Below are positions 10,700 to 20,230 of a stretch of DNA of 64,000 nt, one piece after another (position 1 is the first letter of the stretch; each line of letters starts with the position of its first letter). Source of the DNA: an uncultured Lachnospiraceae bacterium (lineage in GTDB: Bacteria; Bacillota; Clostridia; Lachnospirales; Lachnospiraceae). The DNA is taken from NCBI GenBank assembly GCA_902773435.1, contig CACYEN010000151.1, positions 1,195-65,194 of the forward strand. Direction: 5' to 3'. The position numbers and the translations under genes were made by a program. The notes under the pieces are model-generated. The model saw nothing but the letters and a program-made list of their open reading frames with translations, had not been told where the DNA came from and did no database searches.

Positions 10700-12457
10700 T
10701 CAGACGCAGGCGTCCTCCACGTACTCGCGCATCGACTTGAAAATCAGGTATACCGACGTCGCCCCCGCGTCCTGGAACCCGATCGCGCGCTCCATCAGGG
10801 ACTTCGCGCGTCCGAACTTCGCCACGCAGTTCTTGGAATTCTCGACGCCCTGCTTCGCCGCCTCTTCGGCGCACTTCAGCATCTCGAGTAGAGGCTTGTC
10901 GCTGTTTGCCTCGAGGGCCTCGACCGCCGGGGCGAGCGCGTCGACCATGGTCTTGTCGCCGACCTGCGCGTGTCCTTTCTCCTGGATGGCAGTCAGGCTC
11001 TTTCTCTCCATTGCCGCGAGGTCAGCGCTCTTAAGGACCGCGGTCTCGGGCATATCCTTCGCGCCCGCGAGGTAGAGGCTTCCGAAGATGACGCCCGACG
11101 CGCCGCCCATCGAGAGCAGCATCGCCTTGCCGGCGGCGTCGAAGATGTCGTAGACATTTTCCGTGTCCGCCATGCGCAGAAGCTTCTTCTTCGCCTTCTG
11201 CATGCCGCCCGCCATGCCCATTCCGTGGTCGCCGTCGCCGATGGCGCTGTCGACCTCCGTGAGGTAGTTCTTGTTCGCGATGATCCTGTCCGCGACGTAG
11301 ATCAGCATGTTGCGCGTATCCTCGGCATTAAGTTCCTCGAGGACACCCGGATGGCTTCTCCTGATCTCCGCCGCTTCCGTGTCGGACTCGTCGAACTCCG
11401 GTTCCGTCGGGATCTCTTCCTCGATGTCGCCCGCGTCGGCCGCCGCCGTCCCGGAGACCGAGCCCTTCGCGTAGAACGGGCAGTAGCAGGGCATGTCGTA
11501 GTAGGTCTTCAGTTCGTCGTCCAGCGCGAGAAGGCTGATCGAGAACCCGCCCATCTCCTGCGTCGTGCAGAAGCTGCCGAGATCCGAGTCGTAGATGGAG
11601 TAGCCGTCGCGGAGGAGCAGCTGCTTTACTTTCCTGAAGACGATGGAGAGCTCGAGCAGGGTTGTCGAGCCGAGGCCGTTGATCAGGACACAGACCTCCG
11701 TTCCCTTCGGGATCTGGGCGTCCGCCATCAGCTGGTCATACATCTTTTCGGTGAGGACGTCGGCCGGCTCCATCTTCGTGCGGAGGACACCGCGCTCCCC
11801 GTGGATGCCCATGCCGTACTCGATCTCGCCCTCGGGAAGCTCGAAGATCGGCTTGTCGAGGCCGGGCAGCTGGGCCGGGGCGGTCGCGATGCCGATGCTG
11901 TGCGTGTTCTCCTCGGCCTTCGCGGCGATGCGGGTGGCCTCCTCGAGTGTGTCGCAGGCGTCGCAGGCGGCGCCTGCCATCTTGACGACATACAGGTTGC
12001 CAGCGATGCCGCGGCGGTCGTCGATCCGGTCTTTCGGGGCCGAGGCGACGTCATCCCTGATGCGGACGTGGGCGGTCTTGATGCCGTCGTCGTGCAGGAA
12101 TTCCTCGCCCATGTCGAAATTCAGGTTATCACCCGCGTAGCAGCCGTAGACGAACAGGACGCCCTTGCCGTTGTCGACTGCCTTGGCGGTCTTATAGATC
12201 GTGTTCGGGTCCGGGGACGCGAAAATGTTGCCGCACGCCGCCGCGTCGCCGAGTCCCGGGCCTACGAAGCCGGAGTACATGGGCTCATGGCCGGAGCCCC
12301 CGCCGATGACCAGCGCGACCTTGTCCCTGCGCCTCTGGCGGGAAATGATGCCGTTCACTTCCGGGTGCTTCACAAAATACCTGGAGTAGGCGCCGACGAA
12401 ACCTTCCATCAGCTCGGGGATGACATTTTCGGGTTTGTTCATTATCTTGACGCTCAT
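10700..12457 (-). CDS. dhaK: Fused DhaK-DhaL dihydroxyacetone-kinase-family protein
   Basis: GGGSGHEP, GDNLNF, RRGIAG, GMGIHGERG (DhaK); GDGDHG, GGASG, GDKTMVDAL, FGRA, DAGA (DhaL); acidic linker; GGAGG RBS before ATG 12457. Confidence 0.9.
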   Translation of the reverse strand: MSVKIMNKPENVIPELMEGFVGAYSRYFVKHPEVNGIISRQRRRDKVALVIGGGSGHEPMYSGFVGPGLGDAAACGNIFASPDPNTIYKTAKAVDNGKGVLFVYGCYAGDNLNFDMGEEFLHDDGIKTAHVRIRDDVASAPKDRIDDRRGIAGNLYVVKMAGAACDACDTLEEATRIAAKAEENTHSIGIATAPAQLPGLDKPIFELPEGEIEYGMGIHGERGVLRTKMEPADVLTEKMYDQLMADAQIPKGTEVCVLINGLGSTTLLELSIVFRKVKQLLLRDGYSIYDSDLGSFCTTQEMGGFSISLLALDDELKTYYDMPCYCPFYAKGSVSGTAAADAGDIEEEIPTEPEFDESDTEAAEIRRSHPGVLEELNAEDTRNMLIYVADRIIANKNYLTEVDSAIGDGDHGMGMAGGMQKAKKKLLRMADTENVYDIFDAAGKAMLLSMGGASGVIFGSLYLAGAKDMPETAVLKSADLAAMERKSLTAIQEKGHAQVGDKTMVDALAPAVEALEANSDKPLLEMLKCAEEAAKQGVENSKNCVAKFGRAKSLMERAIGFQDAGATSVYLIFKSMREYVEDACV

Positions 12458-12781
12458 AGAGAAAACCTCCTTATTTCTCCGTGCGGGAGCCGCAGCGGCC
12501 CCTTTTGCCTGCCTTGAATATACTACATGAGGGCGGCACAGACCACAACGAAATTCGTCATAATCACTAAACTGAATAAATTCCCAAACAGATTCTTTAA
12601 TAATTGAACAAAAAAAGGCCGCCTTTAAATTCCAAACATGGTTATTTAAAATAAATATATACACACGGGTAAACAGGGTAGTATATTAGTAACGGCACCG
12701 GATGCACCGCCGTCGCGGAAGCTTTCCGACCGACGGAAAGCAGCGCGGGATCCGGAGCACAGTTACTTAACGACAGCGAAG

Positions 12782-13699
12782 CTGTTCAAAGAAACCGGTA
12801 TTATCTATATCGACCACAGGATCGAGAATTTCTACCGGATCGGCGACCGCGTGACCGTCCTCCGGGACGGGGAGTACATCGGGACGAAGGATGTGAAGGA
12901 CACCACGAGGGCGGAGATCATCGGAATGATGGTCGGCCGCGAGCTCGACGATATCTACCCGAAGTACAACAAGGTCCAGGATGAAGTGGTCTTCAAGGCC
13001 GAGCACATCACGAACAGCAAGGTTCACGACATCAGCTTCGAGGTGAAGAGGGGTGAGATCTTCGGGCTCGGCGGCCTGGTCGGCGCCGGGCGCTCCGAGA
13101 CGCTCCGGGCGATCTTCGGCGTGGACAGGAAGACCCACGGGAAGGTGTGGGTGAACGGCGAGGAGCTCTCGATCAGGCGCCCCTCGGATTCCATCGCCGC
13201 GAGAATCGCCTACGTGTCGGAGGACAGGAAGAGAGAAGGCCTTGTGCTCAAGCGCCCGATCCGCTTCAACGCGTCCCTCGTCATGATCGACAGGCTCACG
13301 AGAAGTCTCTTCGTGAACAGGGCGGCCGAGCGTGACAGTGTGAACGAGCAGATCGAGTCGCTCCGCATCAAGCTCCGCAGCATGGAGGATCCCATGACCA
13401 GCCTTTCGGGCGGCAACCAGCAGAAGGTCGTGCTCGCCAAGTGGCTGATGCAGGAGAAGATCGACGTGCTGATCATGGACGAGCCGACGAGAGGTATCGA
13501 CGTCGGCGCCAAGTATGAGATCTACAAGCTCATGAGCGACCTGGCCAACCAGGGACTGGCGATTATCCTGGTGACGTCGGATCTTCCCGAGCTCCTGAGT
13601 CTCGCCGACAGGGTGCTGGTCCTTAGGGACGGCAGGGCGACGGGGCTTGTCGAGAAGGAGGATATGACGCAGGAAAATATCATGCACCTGAGCGTCTGA
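12782..13699 (+). pseudogene. 5'-truncated sugar ABC transporter ATPase (RbsA/MglA type)
   Basis: Homology starts at the H-loop of the first NBD (GIIYIDHR..IGDRVTVLRDG); second NBD present (LSGGNQQKVVLAKWL, MDEPTRGIDVGAK); first Walker A and a proper RBS/start are absent; left boundary approximate. Confidence 0.75.
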
Positions 13700-13716
13700 T
13701 CAGGGCAGTCGGTTAT

Positions 13717-13764
13717 CCCGGTCCGCGCCGTGCGGTGTTTCGCGCGGGGCGGACCGGGTTTTTT
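13717..13764 (+). terminator. Intrinsic terminator after the ABC ATPase fragment
   Basis: CCCGGTCCGC...GCGGACCGGG stem followed by TTTTTT. Confidence 0.6.
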
Positions 13765-13775
13765 AAGAGAGGAAT

Positions 13776-15581
13776 ATGAACATGGCGGCTTTTATTTCAA
13801 GGAAATTCCCGGGAATCAGAAGTATGAAGACGCGGTTCATATTCCTCTTCCTGCTTGTCTCGGTCGTCCCGGCCCTCGTCGTCGGCCTGGTCTCGCTCCG
13901 GGACGCGCGGCGCCTGATCGTCTCGCAGAAGACGAACGAGATCTATACGAAACTCGAGAAGGCCGCGAACGACGTGAACGCCAAGGTCAACGAGAAGGAA
14001 GCGCTCGCGATCAAATTCTACATAGACGACGCGGTGCAGAATCTTCTGGTCCGAGGGGAGGAGAGCGAGGAGAACTACTACCAGGTCATGAAGCTCCTCT
14101 TCTCAAACGAGTACACGGAGATCAACGACATCGCCTTCCTGTACCGGGCGGGCGGCGGCATCTACACGAACTCGATGATCGACAGCGCGGAGGCCACGGA
14201 CATCCTGACGGAGGGCCTCTCCCAGCTGAGGAGCGGGGAGATCAGCGCCTGGTTCGACGCGGTGTCCGTGAACCGGGAGTACGTGATCCCGTTCATCCGC
14301 AAGGTGGACGACCTCTACCACTCCGACAGCGAGAACGTCGGGTATTTTGTCACCGGCATCCAGGAGAAGAACCTGCACGACAGCTACACGCCCTATTTTT
14401 CCGCGGACGAGGGAATCTTCTTCATCACGAACAGGAACGGGAACATCATCTCCAGCTGGTCGGAGGACCTGGTCGGGAAGAGTGCCGGCGAGGTGCTGAC
14501 GAAACACGGGGAGATCGAGCCCGGCGACGTCTTCCGCGAGGCGACGGCGGACGGGAAGAGGTACTACGCCGTCGAGTATGGGGACGCCGCGAAGGGCTGG
14601 ACCTATGTCTTTCTCTTCTCTCACGCGGACATGGCCGGCTACCTGAGGGAGATCCGCCTGGTCCCCTTCTACGGCCTGCTTCTCGCGCTCGTCCTCTCCG
14701 TCCTCATGAGCATGCTCGCGACGTCGATGCTGATCAGCCCGCTCCGCGACCTGACCGCCACGATGAAGGAGGTCCAGGAGGGCGACATGGACGTGCGGTT
14801 CAATACGGGAAAGACCCTCGAGATCAGGGAACTCGGGGAGTTCTTCAACCTGATGATGAACCGGCTGCAGGAGTCGATGCGGAAGATCACGGTGGGGGAG
14901 AGGAGGAGGCGAGAGGCCGAGATGAAGGCGCTGGTCTTCCAGATCAACCCGCATTTCCTTTACAATACGCTCTCGTCCGTCATCTGGCTCACACAGGAGG
15001 ACCAGAAGGAGAATGTCATCGAGATGGTGAATTCCCTCGCCACCCTCTTTCGGATCAGTATCAGCAAGGGCCATGAGCTGATCACGATCGCCGAGGAGCT
15101 CGAGCACGCGGAGAGCTACCTGAAGATCCAGAAGATCCGGTTCAGCAATATCTTCGACTACACGATCGAGGCGGACGAGGAGCTGAAGAGGCTCTACACG
15201 ATCAAGATCCTGCTCCAGCCGCTGATCGAGAACAGCGTCAACCACGCGATGGCCGATATCGACTACCAGGGGGTCATCGACATCAGGATCCTGGAAAATG
15301 AAGGCGACATCCTTCTCGAAGTGATCGACAACGGCGGCGGGATGACGGAGGAGGAGGTTGTCCGCCTCAACGAGTACCTGGAGCGCGATGATCCGGACGA
15401 AGAGGGGGACTTCGGAATCGGCACCGGAAACGTCAACAGCCGCGTGAAGCTGCGCTTCGGGAGCCGGTACGGCCTGTCCTATGAGAAGCAGGGGAAGAAC
15501 ACGGTCGCCCGGGTGCGCATCCCGATGATCCAGGATCCCGGGGAGATCCCGGAGTTCCGTGAGGAGGACGAATATGTATAA
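13776..15581 (+). CDS. YesM/LytS-type sensor histidine kinase (extracellular sensor, HAMP)
   Basis: Two TM segments, HAMP, QINPHFLYNTL, LQPLIENSVNH, DNGGGM, GIGTGNVNSR. Confidence 0.93.
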   Translation: MNMAAFISRKFPGIRSMKTRFIFLFLLVSVVPALVVGLVSLRDARRLIVSQKTNEIYTKLEKAANDVNAKVNEKEALAIKFYIDDAVQNLLVRGEESEENYYQVMKLLFSNEYTEINDIAFLYRAGGGIYTNSMIDSAEATDILTEGLSQLRSGEISAWFDAVSVNREYVIPFIRKVDDLYHSDSENVGYFVTGIQEKNLHDSYTPYFSADEGIFFITNRNGNIISSWSEDLVGKSAGEVLTKHGEIEPGDVFREATADGKRYYAVEYGDAAKGWTYVFLFSHADMAGYLREIRLVPFYGLLLALVLSVLMSMLATSMLISPLRDLTATMKEVQEGDMDVRFNTGKTLEIRELGEFFNLMMNRLQESMRKITVGERRRREAEMKALVFQINPHFLYNTLSSVIWLTQEDQKENVIEMVNSLATLFRISISKGHELITIAEELEHAESYLKIQKIRFSNIFDYTIEADEELKRLYTIKILLQPLIENSVNHAMADIDYQGVIDIRILENEGDILLEVIDNGGGMTEEEVVRLNEYLERDDPDEEGDFGIGTGNVNSRVKLRFGSRYGLSYEKQGKNTVARVRIPMIQDPGEIPEFREEDEYV

Positions 15582-17145
15582 GCTGCTGGTCGCTGACGAC
15601 GAGATGATCATCCGGAGGGGGATCGTCAACCAGATCCGGAGGGAACAGGCGGACGATTTCGAGGTGTATGAGGCTAAGAACGGCGAGGAGGCCGTGCGGC
15701 TCGCCGCGGAGGAGAAGGTCGACGCGCTGATCCTCGACATCAAGATGCCGAAGCTGGACGGGATCGGGGTGCTGAAAGAGCTGCAGAAGAGAGGAATCCG
15801 GGTTCCGTCCGCGATCCTCTCGGGGTACAACGAATTCGACTACGCGCAGCAGGCGCTCGGGTACGGCGTCCTCAAATACATCCTGAAGCCGGTGGTCCCC
15901 GACAAGATTTCCGAGATCACGAACCTCCTGAAGGAATTCCTTGACCGCAGGAGCCGGGAGACGGAGGAGCTTGAGCGCCTCCGCGTGGAGTACAGGAAGG
16001 CGAGGAGCAGGCAGAAGGAGAAGTTCTTCTTCGACCTCCTGAACAGCGAGCTCTCCGAGAGGGAGATCGGGGAGCAGAGCAGGCTGCTCGAGATCAGCTT
16101 CGACGAGCCCTACTACCAGATCGCGGTGCTCGGGGTTCGCAAGTACAATCCGGTCAGCGAGAACCAGGAGAATTACCTGACGGAGTACTCCGTCTCCCTC
16201 TACCTCGAAAACACGCTGAAGGGGTACCGGGACAAGGAGTATTTCCAGATCCACAGCAGCCGGTACGTGATCCTGTTCAAGCTGAAGAGGAAGGAAGACG
16301 AGCGCGTCGTGGACTGGCTCGAGGAGCTCAGGCACACGCTGGAGGAACATTTCCACGTCAGGATGGCCGTAGGGATCGGCTGCGCCGTGGAGGGGATCGG
16401 AAATCTCCAGCAGTCGTATTACACGGCCGAGGATATCGTCCGGTATCTCAACATCCAGAAGATGGACCACATCGTGACTTACGAGGATGTGCACGAGGAG
16501 CAGGGCTGGGAGGAGACGACGTTCGACATGGAGCGGATCTCGATCGCCCTGAAGTCGGGCCTTGCGGAGACCGCGGTGAAGGCCGTGAAGGAGCTGTTCA
16601 GCGTGGAGAGGTCGGGAAAAGAGGAGTGGTACATCCTCATGGACCAGATCGTGCTCACGATCTACCAGACGGTCTTCCAGGTCTGCGGCCGGGTCGAGGA
16701 GATGGGGACGAGCGAACTTGTATGCATGAACATGCTCTACAAGATGGACTCCCTGCAGGAGATCGAGAGCTATATCATCGGCCTTCTCGAGAAGGCCGGG
16801 GACACCATACAGAGGGCCAGGGCGGAGGGCAGGAACTCGATGGTCCAGAAGATAGAGGGGATCGTGAGCGCCGAGTACAACAAGCCCCTTTCGATGAAAT
16901 ACATCGCCGACCGGCTCTTCCTCAACCACGTCTATCTCGGCCAGCTCTACAAGAAAGAGAGGGGGATCTCCCTCTCCGACTACATCAACGAGGTGAGGAT
17001 CGCCAGAGCCAAGAAGCTGCTTCGGTCGACCGACGACATGATCTACGTGATCGCCGAGCAGGTCGGGTTTGTGGACTCCCAGTACTTCAGCACGGTCTTC
17101 AAGAAGGTGACGGGCGTGTCGCCCAGAGAGTACAGGGAGATGTGA
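15574..17145 (+). CDS. YesN-type response regulator with AraC HTH
   Basis: MYKLLVADDE, LDIKMPKLDG, YILKP; C-terminal IAEQVGFVDSQYFSTVFKKVTGVSPREYR. Confidence 0.95.
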   Translation: MYKLLVADDEMIIRRGIVNQIRREQADDFEVYEAKNGEEAVRLAAEEKVDALILDIKMPKLDGIGVLKELQKRGIRVPSAILSGYNEFDYAQQALGYGVLKYILKPVVPDKISEITNLLKEFLDRRSRETEELERLRVEYRKARSRQKEKFFFDLLNSELSEREIGEQSRLLEISFDEPYYQIAVLGVRKYNPVSENQENYLTEYSVSLYLENTLKGYRDKEYFQIHSSRYVILFKLKRKEDERVVDWLEELRHTLEEHFHVRMAVGIGCAVEGIGNLQQSYYTAEDIVRYLNIQKMDHIVTYEDVHEEQGWEETTFDMERISIALKSGLAETAVKAVKELFSVERSGKEEWYILMDQIVLTIYQTVFQVCGRVEEMGTSELVCMNMLYKMDSLQEIESYIIGLLEKAGDTIQRARAEGRNSMVQKIEGIVSAEYNKPLSMKYIADRLFLNHVYLGQLYKKERGISLSDYINEVRIARAKKLLRSTDDMIYVIAEQVGFVDSQYFSTVFKKVTGVSPREYREM

Positions 17146-17158
17146 GGAGGAAAGCCAT

Positions 17159-18124
17159 ATGAAAAAAGCAGTGCCCGCGTGGGCAGCGCTGATCCTTGCG
17201 GTCGCGTTCTTCACGTATCTGACGTTCCGTTCCTCCCCCGTCCCGTATCCGCGCGAGACCGGTGATTCGGAGTACCTGATCGGGTTCAGCATCCATTTTC
17301 TCCACGATGACTACACGGTCAGCGCCGTCGCGGGATTCGAGGACGTGATGAGGGAGGCGGGGTACGACACGATCGTCGTGAGTGCCGACGGGGACTCCAA
17401 GAAGCAGGTCGCCGACATCGAGGACATGATCAGGCGGGGCGTGGACGCGATCGGGGTCTGCCCGCTCTCGGAGGACGCGATCCGGAACAGCCTGATCGCC
17501 GCGAAACAGCAGGGGATCCGGGTCGTGACCATCACGGAGATCCCGGGCTTCGAGGCTGACGCCGTGATCTACGGGCGGGAGTACGAGAACGGATACGGGG
17601 CCGGACAGGAGCTGATCAAGGCGTTCGGCGAGAATCAGGATGAGTACAAGGTCGCGGTTCTCGATTTCCCGTACGACATCTCCAGGACAAAGCAGAGAAT
17701 CGAGGGCTTTGAAGCCGCTCTCGAGGGGACGGCAATTGAGACGGCGGCGTTCGGACGGCCCGCGACCAACGAGGAGACGATGGACTACGTGAAGAGGCTG
17801 CTGACCGAGAATCCGGATATACGGGGAATCTTTGGATCCTACAGCAACCAGGTGATCGGCGCGGGCGCACTCTGCAAAGCCCTCGGACGGGAGGACATCA
17901 CTGTCGTCGGAGTCGACGCGGACACGCTGGTCCTTAAGCTGATCGACGAGGGATGGGTCCAGGCGGTCACGGCGCAGTTCCCGAGAAAACACGGGGAGGA
18001 GTGCGCGAAAGCGATCATCAAGCTGCTCGCCGGAGAGACGATCGAGGAGCCCTACAGGGAACCGTATATGCTCGTCAACGCGGAGAACACGGAGGAAGCG
18101 GCGGAGCTGCTGTGGAGAACCTGA
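17159..18124 (+). CDS. Membrane-anchored RbsB-like sugar-binding protein, probable sensor accessory subunit
   Basis: N-terminal hydrophobic anchor; QVADIEDMIRRGVDAI, VVGVDAD, TAQFP; directly follows the two-component genes. Confidence 0.85.
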   Translation: MKKAVPAWAALILAVAFFTYLTFRSSPVPYPRETGDSEYLIGFSIHFLHDDYTVSAVAGFEDVMREAGYDTIVVSADGDSKKQVADIEDMIRRGVDAIGVCPLSEDAIRNSLIAAKQQGIRVVTITEIPGFEADAVIYGREYENGYGAGQELIKAFGENQDEYKVAVLDFPYDISRTKQRIEGFEAALEGTAIETAAFGRPATNEETMDYVKRLLTENPDIRGIFGSYSNQVIGAGALCKALGREDITVVGVDADTLVLKLIDEGWVQAVTAQFPRKHGEECAKAIIKLLAGETIEEPYREPYMLVNAENTEEAAELLWRT

Positions 18125-18133
18125 TACGACCCC

Positions 18134-18174
18134 TTGCGCATGCGGACCGCTTTGGTTATACTTGTTGTATACAT
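18134..18174 (+). promoter_or_regulatory. gntR promoter with adjacent operator GTTGTATACAT
   Basis: TTGCGC-17-TATACT (18134-18162) immediately followed by TGTATACA palindrome. Confidence 0.6.
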
Positions 18175-18275
18175 AAAGCGGCTTCCTGACCGGAAACCGC
18201 TCCGAATCCCGAAAACACGCCGCGGCCGGATCCTTCCCCGCGGACCTCAAGGAAAAAAGGCAGGAGGACACGCCG

Positions 18276-18941
18276 ATGACAGACAGATCGCCCGCCGAGG
18301 ACAGGGGTCTCCGCTCATCTGTCTACCGCAAGATGCTCGACAAGCTCATCTCCTGTGAATACCCCCCGGGATCACAGCTCAACGAGGTGCAGCTCGCGGA
18401 GGAATACAACGTGAGCAGGACGCCGATCCGCGAGGCGATCAACCGCCTCGAGTCCCAGGGGTACCTGAAGGTCGTCCCCAAGAAGGGCATCTACGTCAAC
18501 GACATCTCGATCCAGGACACGCTGCAGGTCTTCCGGACGCGTATCATGCTCGAGCCGCTCGCGCTCAGGCTCGCCGCGCCCTATCTCGATATCGCGGTGC
18601 TCATCGACCTCAAGGAGAAGTATGTCAACTACGTCGGGGACGACTACCTCTCCCACTACTACATCGACATGGAGATGCACCACTATTTTGTCGACATGTG
18701 CCGGAACAAGTACATCATCGAGATCATGAACCGTGTGCTCAACGACAACCTCCGCATCACCATCTCCAGCAAGCAGGACAACAACCTGGTCCACGACGCC
18801 AACCAGGAGCACATCCAGATCCTGGACTGCCTGATCCGCCAGGAGCCGATTGAGCGCGCCGCCGATCTTCTGGAGAAGCATCTCCGCATCTGCTGTCTCG
18901 TGGCGCTCGAACATATCCGCTCAAGTGAAAGAATTGGGTGA
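18276..18941 (+). CDS. GntR (FadR/FCD) family regulator
   Basis: PPGSQLNEVQLAEEYNVSRTPIREAINRLESQG; FCD domain with DMEMH and EH residues. Confidence 0.95.
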   Translation: MTDRSPAEDRGLRSSVYRKMLDKLISCEYPPGSQLNEVQLAEEYNVSRTPIREAINRLESQGYLKVVPKKGIYVNDISIQDTLQVFRTRIMLEPLALRLAAPYLDIAVLIDLKEKYVNYVGDDYLSHYYIDMEMHHYFVDMCRNKYIIEIMNRVLNDNLRITISSKQDNNLVHDANQEHIQILDCLIRQEPIERAADLLEKHLRICCLVALEHIRSSERIG

Positions 18942-18947
18942 CGGCTC

Positions 18948-19145
18948 ATGTATACAACTAAGTGAACCACAGCACCGGAAAGAGCTCCCGGAACTGTTTT
19001 GGGACAATTTCACAGAATTAATGTTATATATTTGTGCTAAATGGAAAATTGACAGCACGTTCTGCTTCCTTTACAATCATATATAGACAATAGTGTCAAA
19101 GGCTCTTTCGGAGAGGAGTACCCGATCCGGCCTGATGTATACAAC
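18948..19145 (+). promoter_or_regulatory. Promoter of TTT cluster 1 flanked by two ATGTATACAAC operators
   Basis: TTGACA-17-TACAAT at 19049-19077; identical 11-mers at 18948-18958 and 19135-19145. Confidence 0.7.
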
Positions 19146-20103
19146 AGAGGAGAAAGGGGGCGGTGGTATCATTCAGTTCAGCGACCTGGTCCGGTTTGGA
19201 TTCAGCCCGTCCATGCTTTTCAAGCGGGCCTTTACCGACGAATCATTTCTGCTCACGGCTTATCACAGATGCTGTTCACTTCCCGAGTTCGACGCGATGG
19301 AGAGCTTTCTCCCCGCGGACAGGGAGGAGAGGACGGAGATCCTCGGCCTTCTCCGGACATATCATAAAGTTCTCAACTACAACACGCCGGGATATTTTCA
19401 GCTGGACGGCCCGTTCAACACGTGCAGCGACGATCCCGGAACCCGGCAGGGCGCCTTCGAGGACATGAAGAGGCACCTGGGCTACGCCGCGGAGGCGGGG
19501 AGCCCGGTATTCATCGTAACCGGCTGTCCCGACAAGGGCGAGGGGCCGAGAGCCGAACTGAAGGCGCGGTACGAGGATTTCTTCCTCCGGCTCTGCGCCG
19601 AGGCGGACCGGTACTCGATCCGGGTCCTGCTCGAGCCGATCGAGCGGCACCGCTTCAAGAAGCTGCTCTACGGGCCGACTGCGGAGTGCGCGGCCTTCAT
19701 CCGCGCCGCGCGGGAGAAGGGGGCTGCCAACTCCGGGCTCATGATGGATATCGCCCATCTGCCTCTCATGGAGGAGTCCCAGGAGGACGCGATCCGGGAT
19801 TCGGGGGAGATCGGTTTCGAGCACGTGCATCTCGGGGAAGCGGTCCTTGACCCCGACAACCCGTTCTACGGGCACACGCATCCGCCGCTTGAGGCGAGAG
19901 GCGCCCTGTTCTCCCAGCAGGATCTGGAGGACCAGTTCGAGCGCTTCATGCGCTGCGGGTTTATCCGGAAGGACGGACCGAGGGCGAGCATATCCCTCGA
20001 AGTCAGCCCCTATCCGGGGACGAGGGAGGAGACGAGCATCCGCCTGATGTATGAGAAATGCGTCTCCGCGTTCTACGCCGCCGCGGACCGCGCGCTGCAG
20101 TGA
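19135..20103 (+). CDS. Sugar phosphate isomerase/epimerase (xylose-isomerase-like TIM barrel)
   Basis: Metal-binding pattern LLEPIER, MDIAHL, HVHLGE, SLEV; start uncertain (ATG 19135 or ATC/ATT 19168-19171). Confidence 0.8.
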   Translation: MYTTEEKGGGGIIQFSDLVRFGFSPSMLFKRAFTDESFLLTAYHRCCSLPEFDAMESFLPADREERTEILGLLRTYHKVLNYNTPGYFQLDGPFNTCSDDPGTRQGAFEDMKRHLGYAAEAGSPVFIVTGCPDKGEGPRAELKARYEDFFLRLCAEADRYSIRVLLEPIERHRFKKLLYGPTAECAAFIRAAREKGAANSGLMMDIAHLPLMEESQEDAIRDSGEIGFEHVHLGEAVLDPDNPFYGHTHPPLEARGALFSQQDLEDQFERFMRCGFIRKDGPRASISLEVSPYPGTREETSIRLMYEKCVSAFYAAADRALQ

Positions 20104-20120
20104 ACGGGAGCGGGGACTGT

Positions 20121-20216
20121 ATCAAGGAAAAGGCACCTGGAAGAGGCATAAGGAAACAGCATCAAGGAAACGGAACCAAAGCAACAGCACCAAAGGAACA
20201 GCAACCAGAGGTCAAC
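20121..20216 (+). repeat. Seven degenerate 13-14 nt tandem repeats (consensus ~AYCAAGGAAACAGC) upstream of tctC
   Basis: ATCAAGGAAAAGGC / ACCTGGAAGAGGC / ATAAGGAAACAGC / ATCAAGGAAACGGA / ACCAAAGCAACAGC / ACCAAAGGAACAGC / AACCAGAGGTCAAC. Confidence 0.7.
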
Positions 20217-20230
20217 AAGGAGGTAGATGT

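Noticed and set aside
20121-20216. CRISPR array
   Set aside because: Units are 13-14 nt, degenerate, have no spacers, and no cas genes are present.
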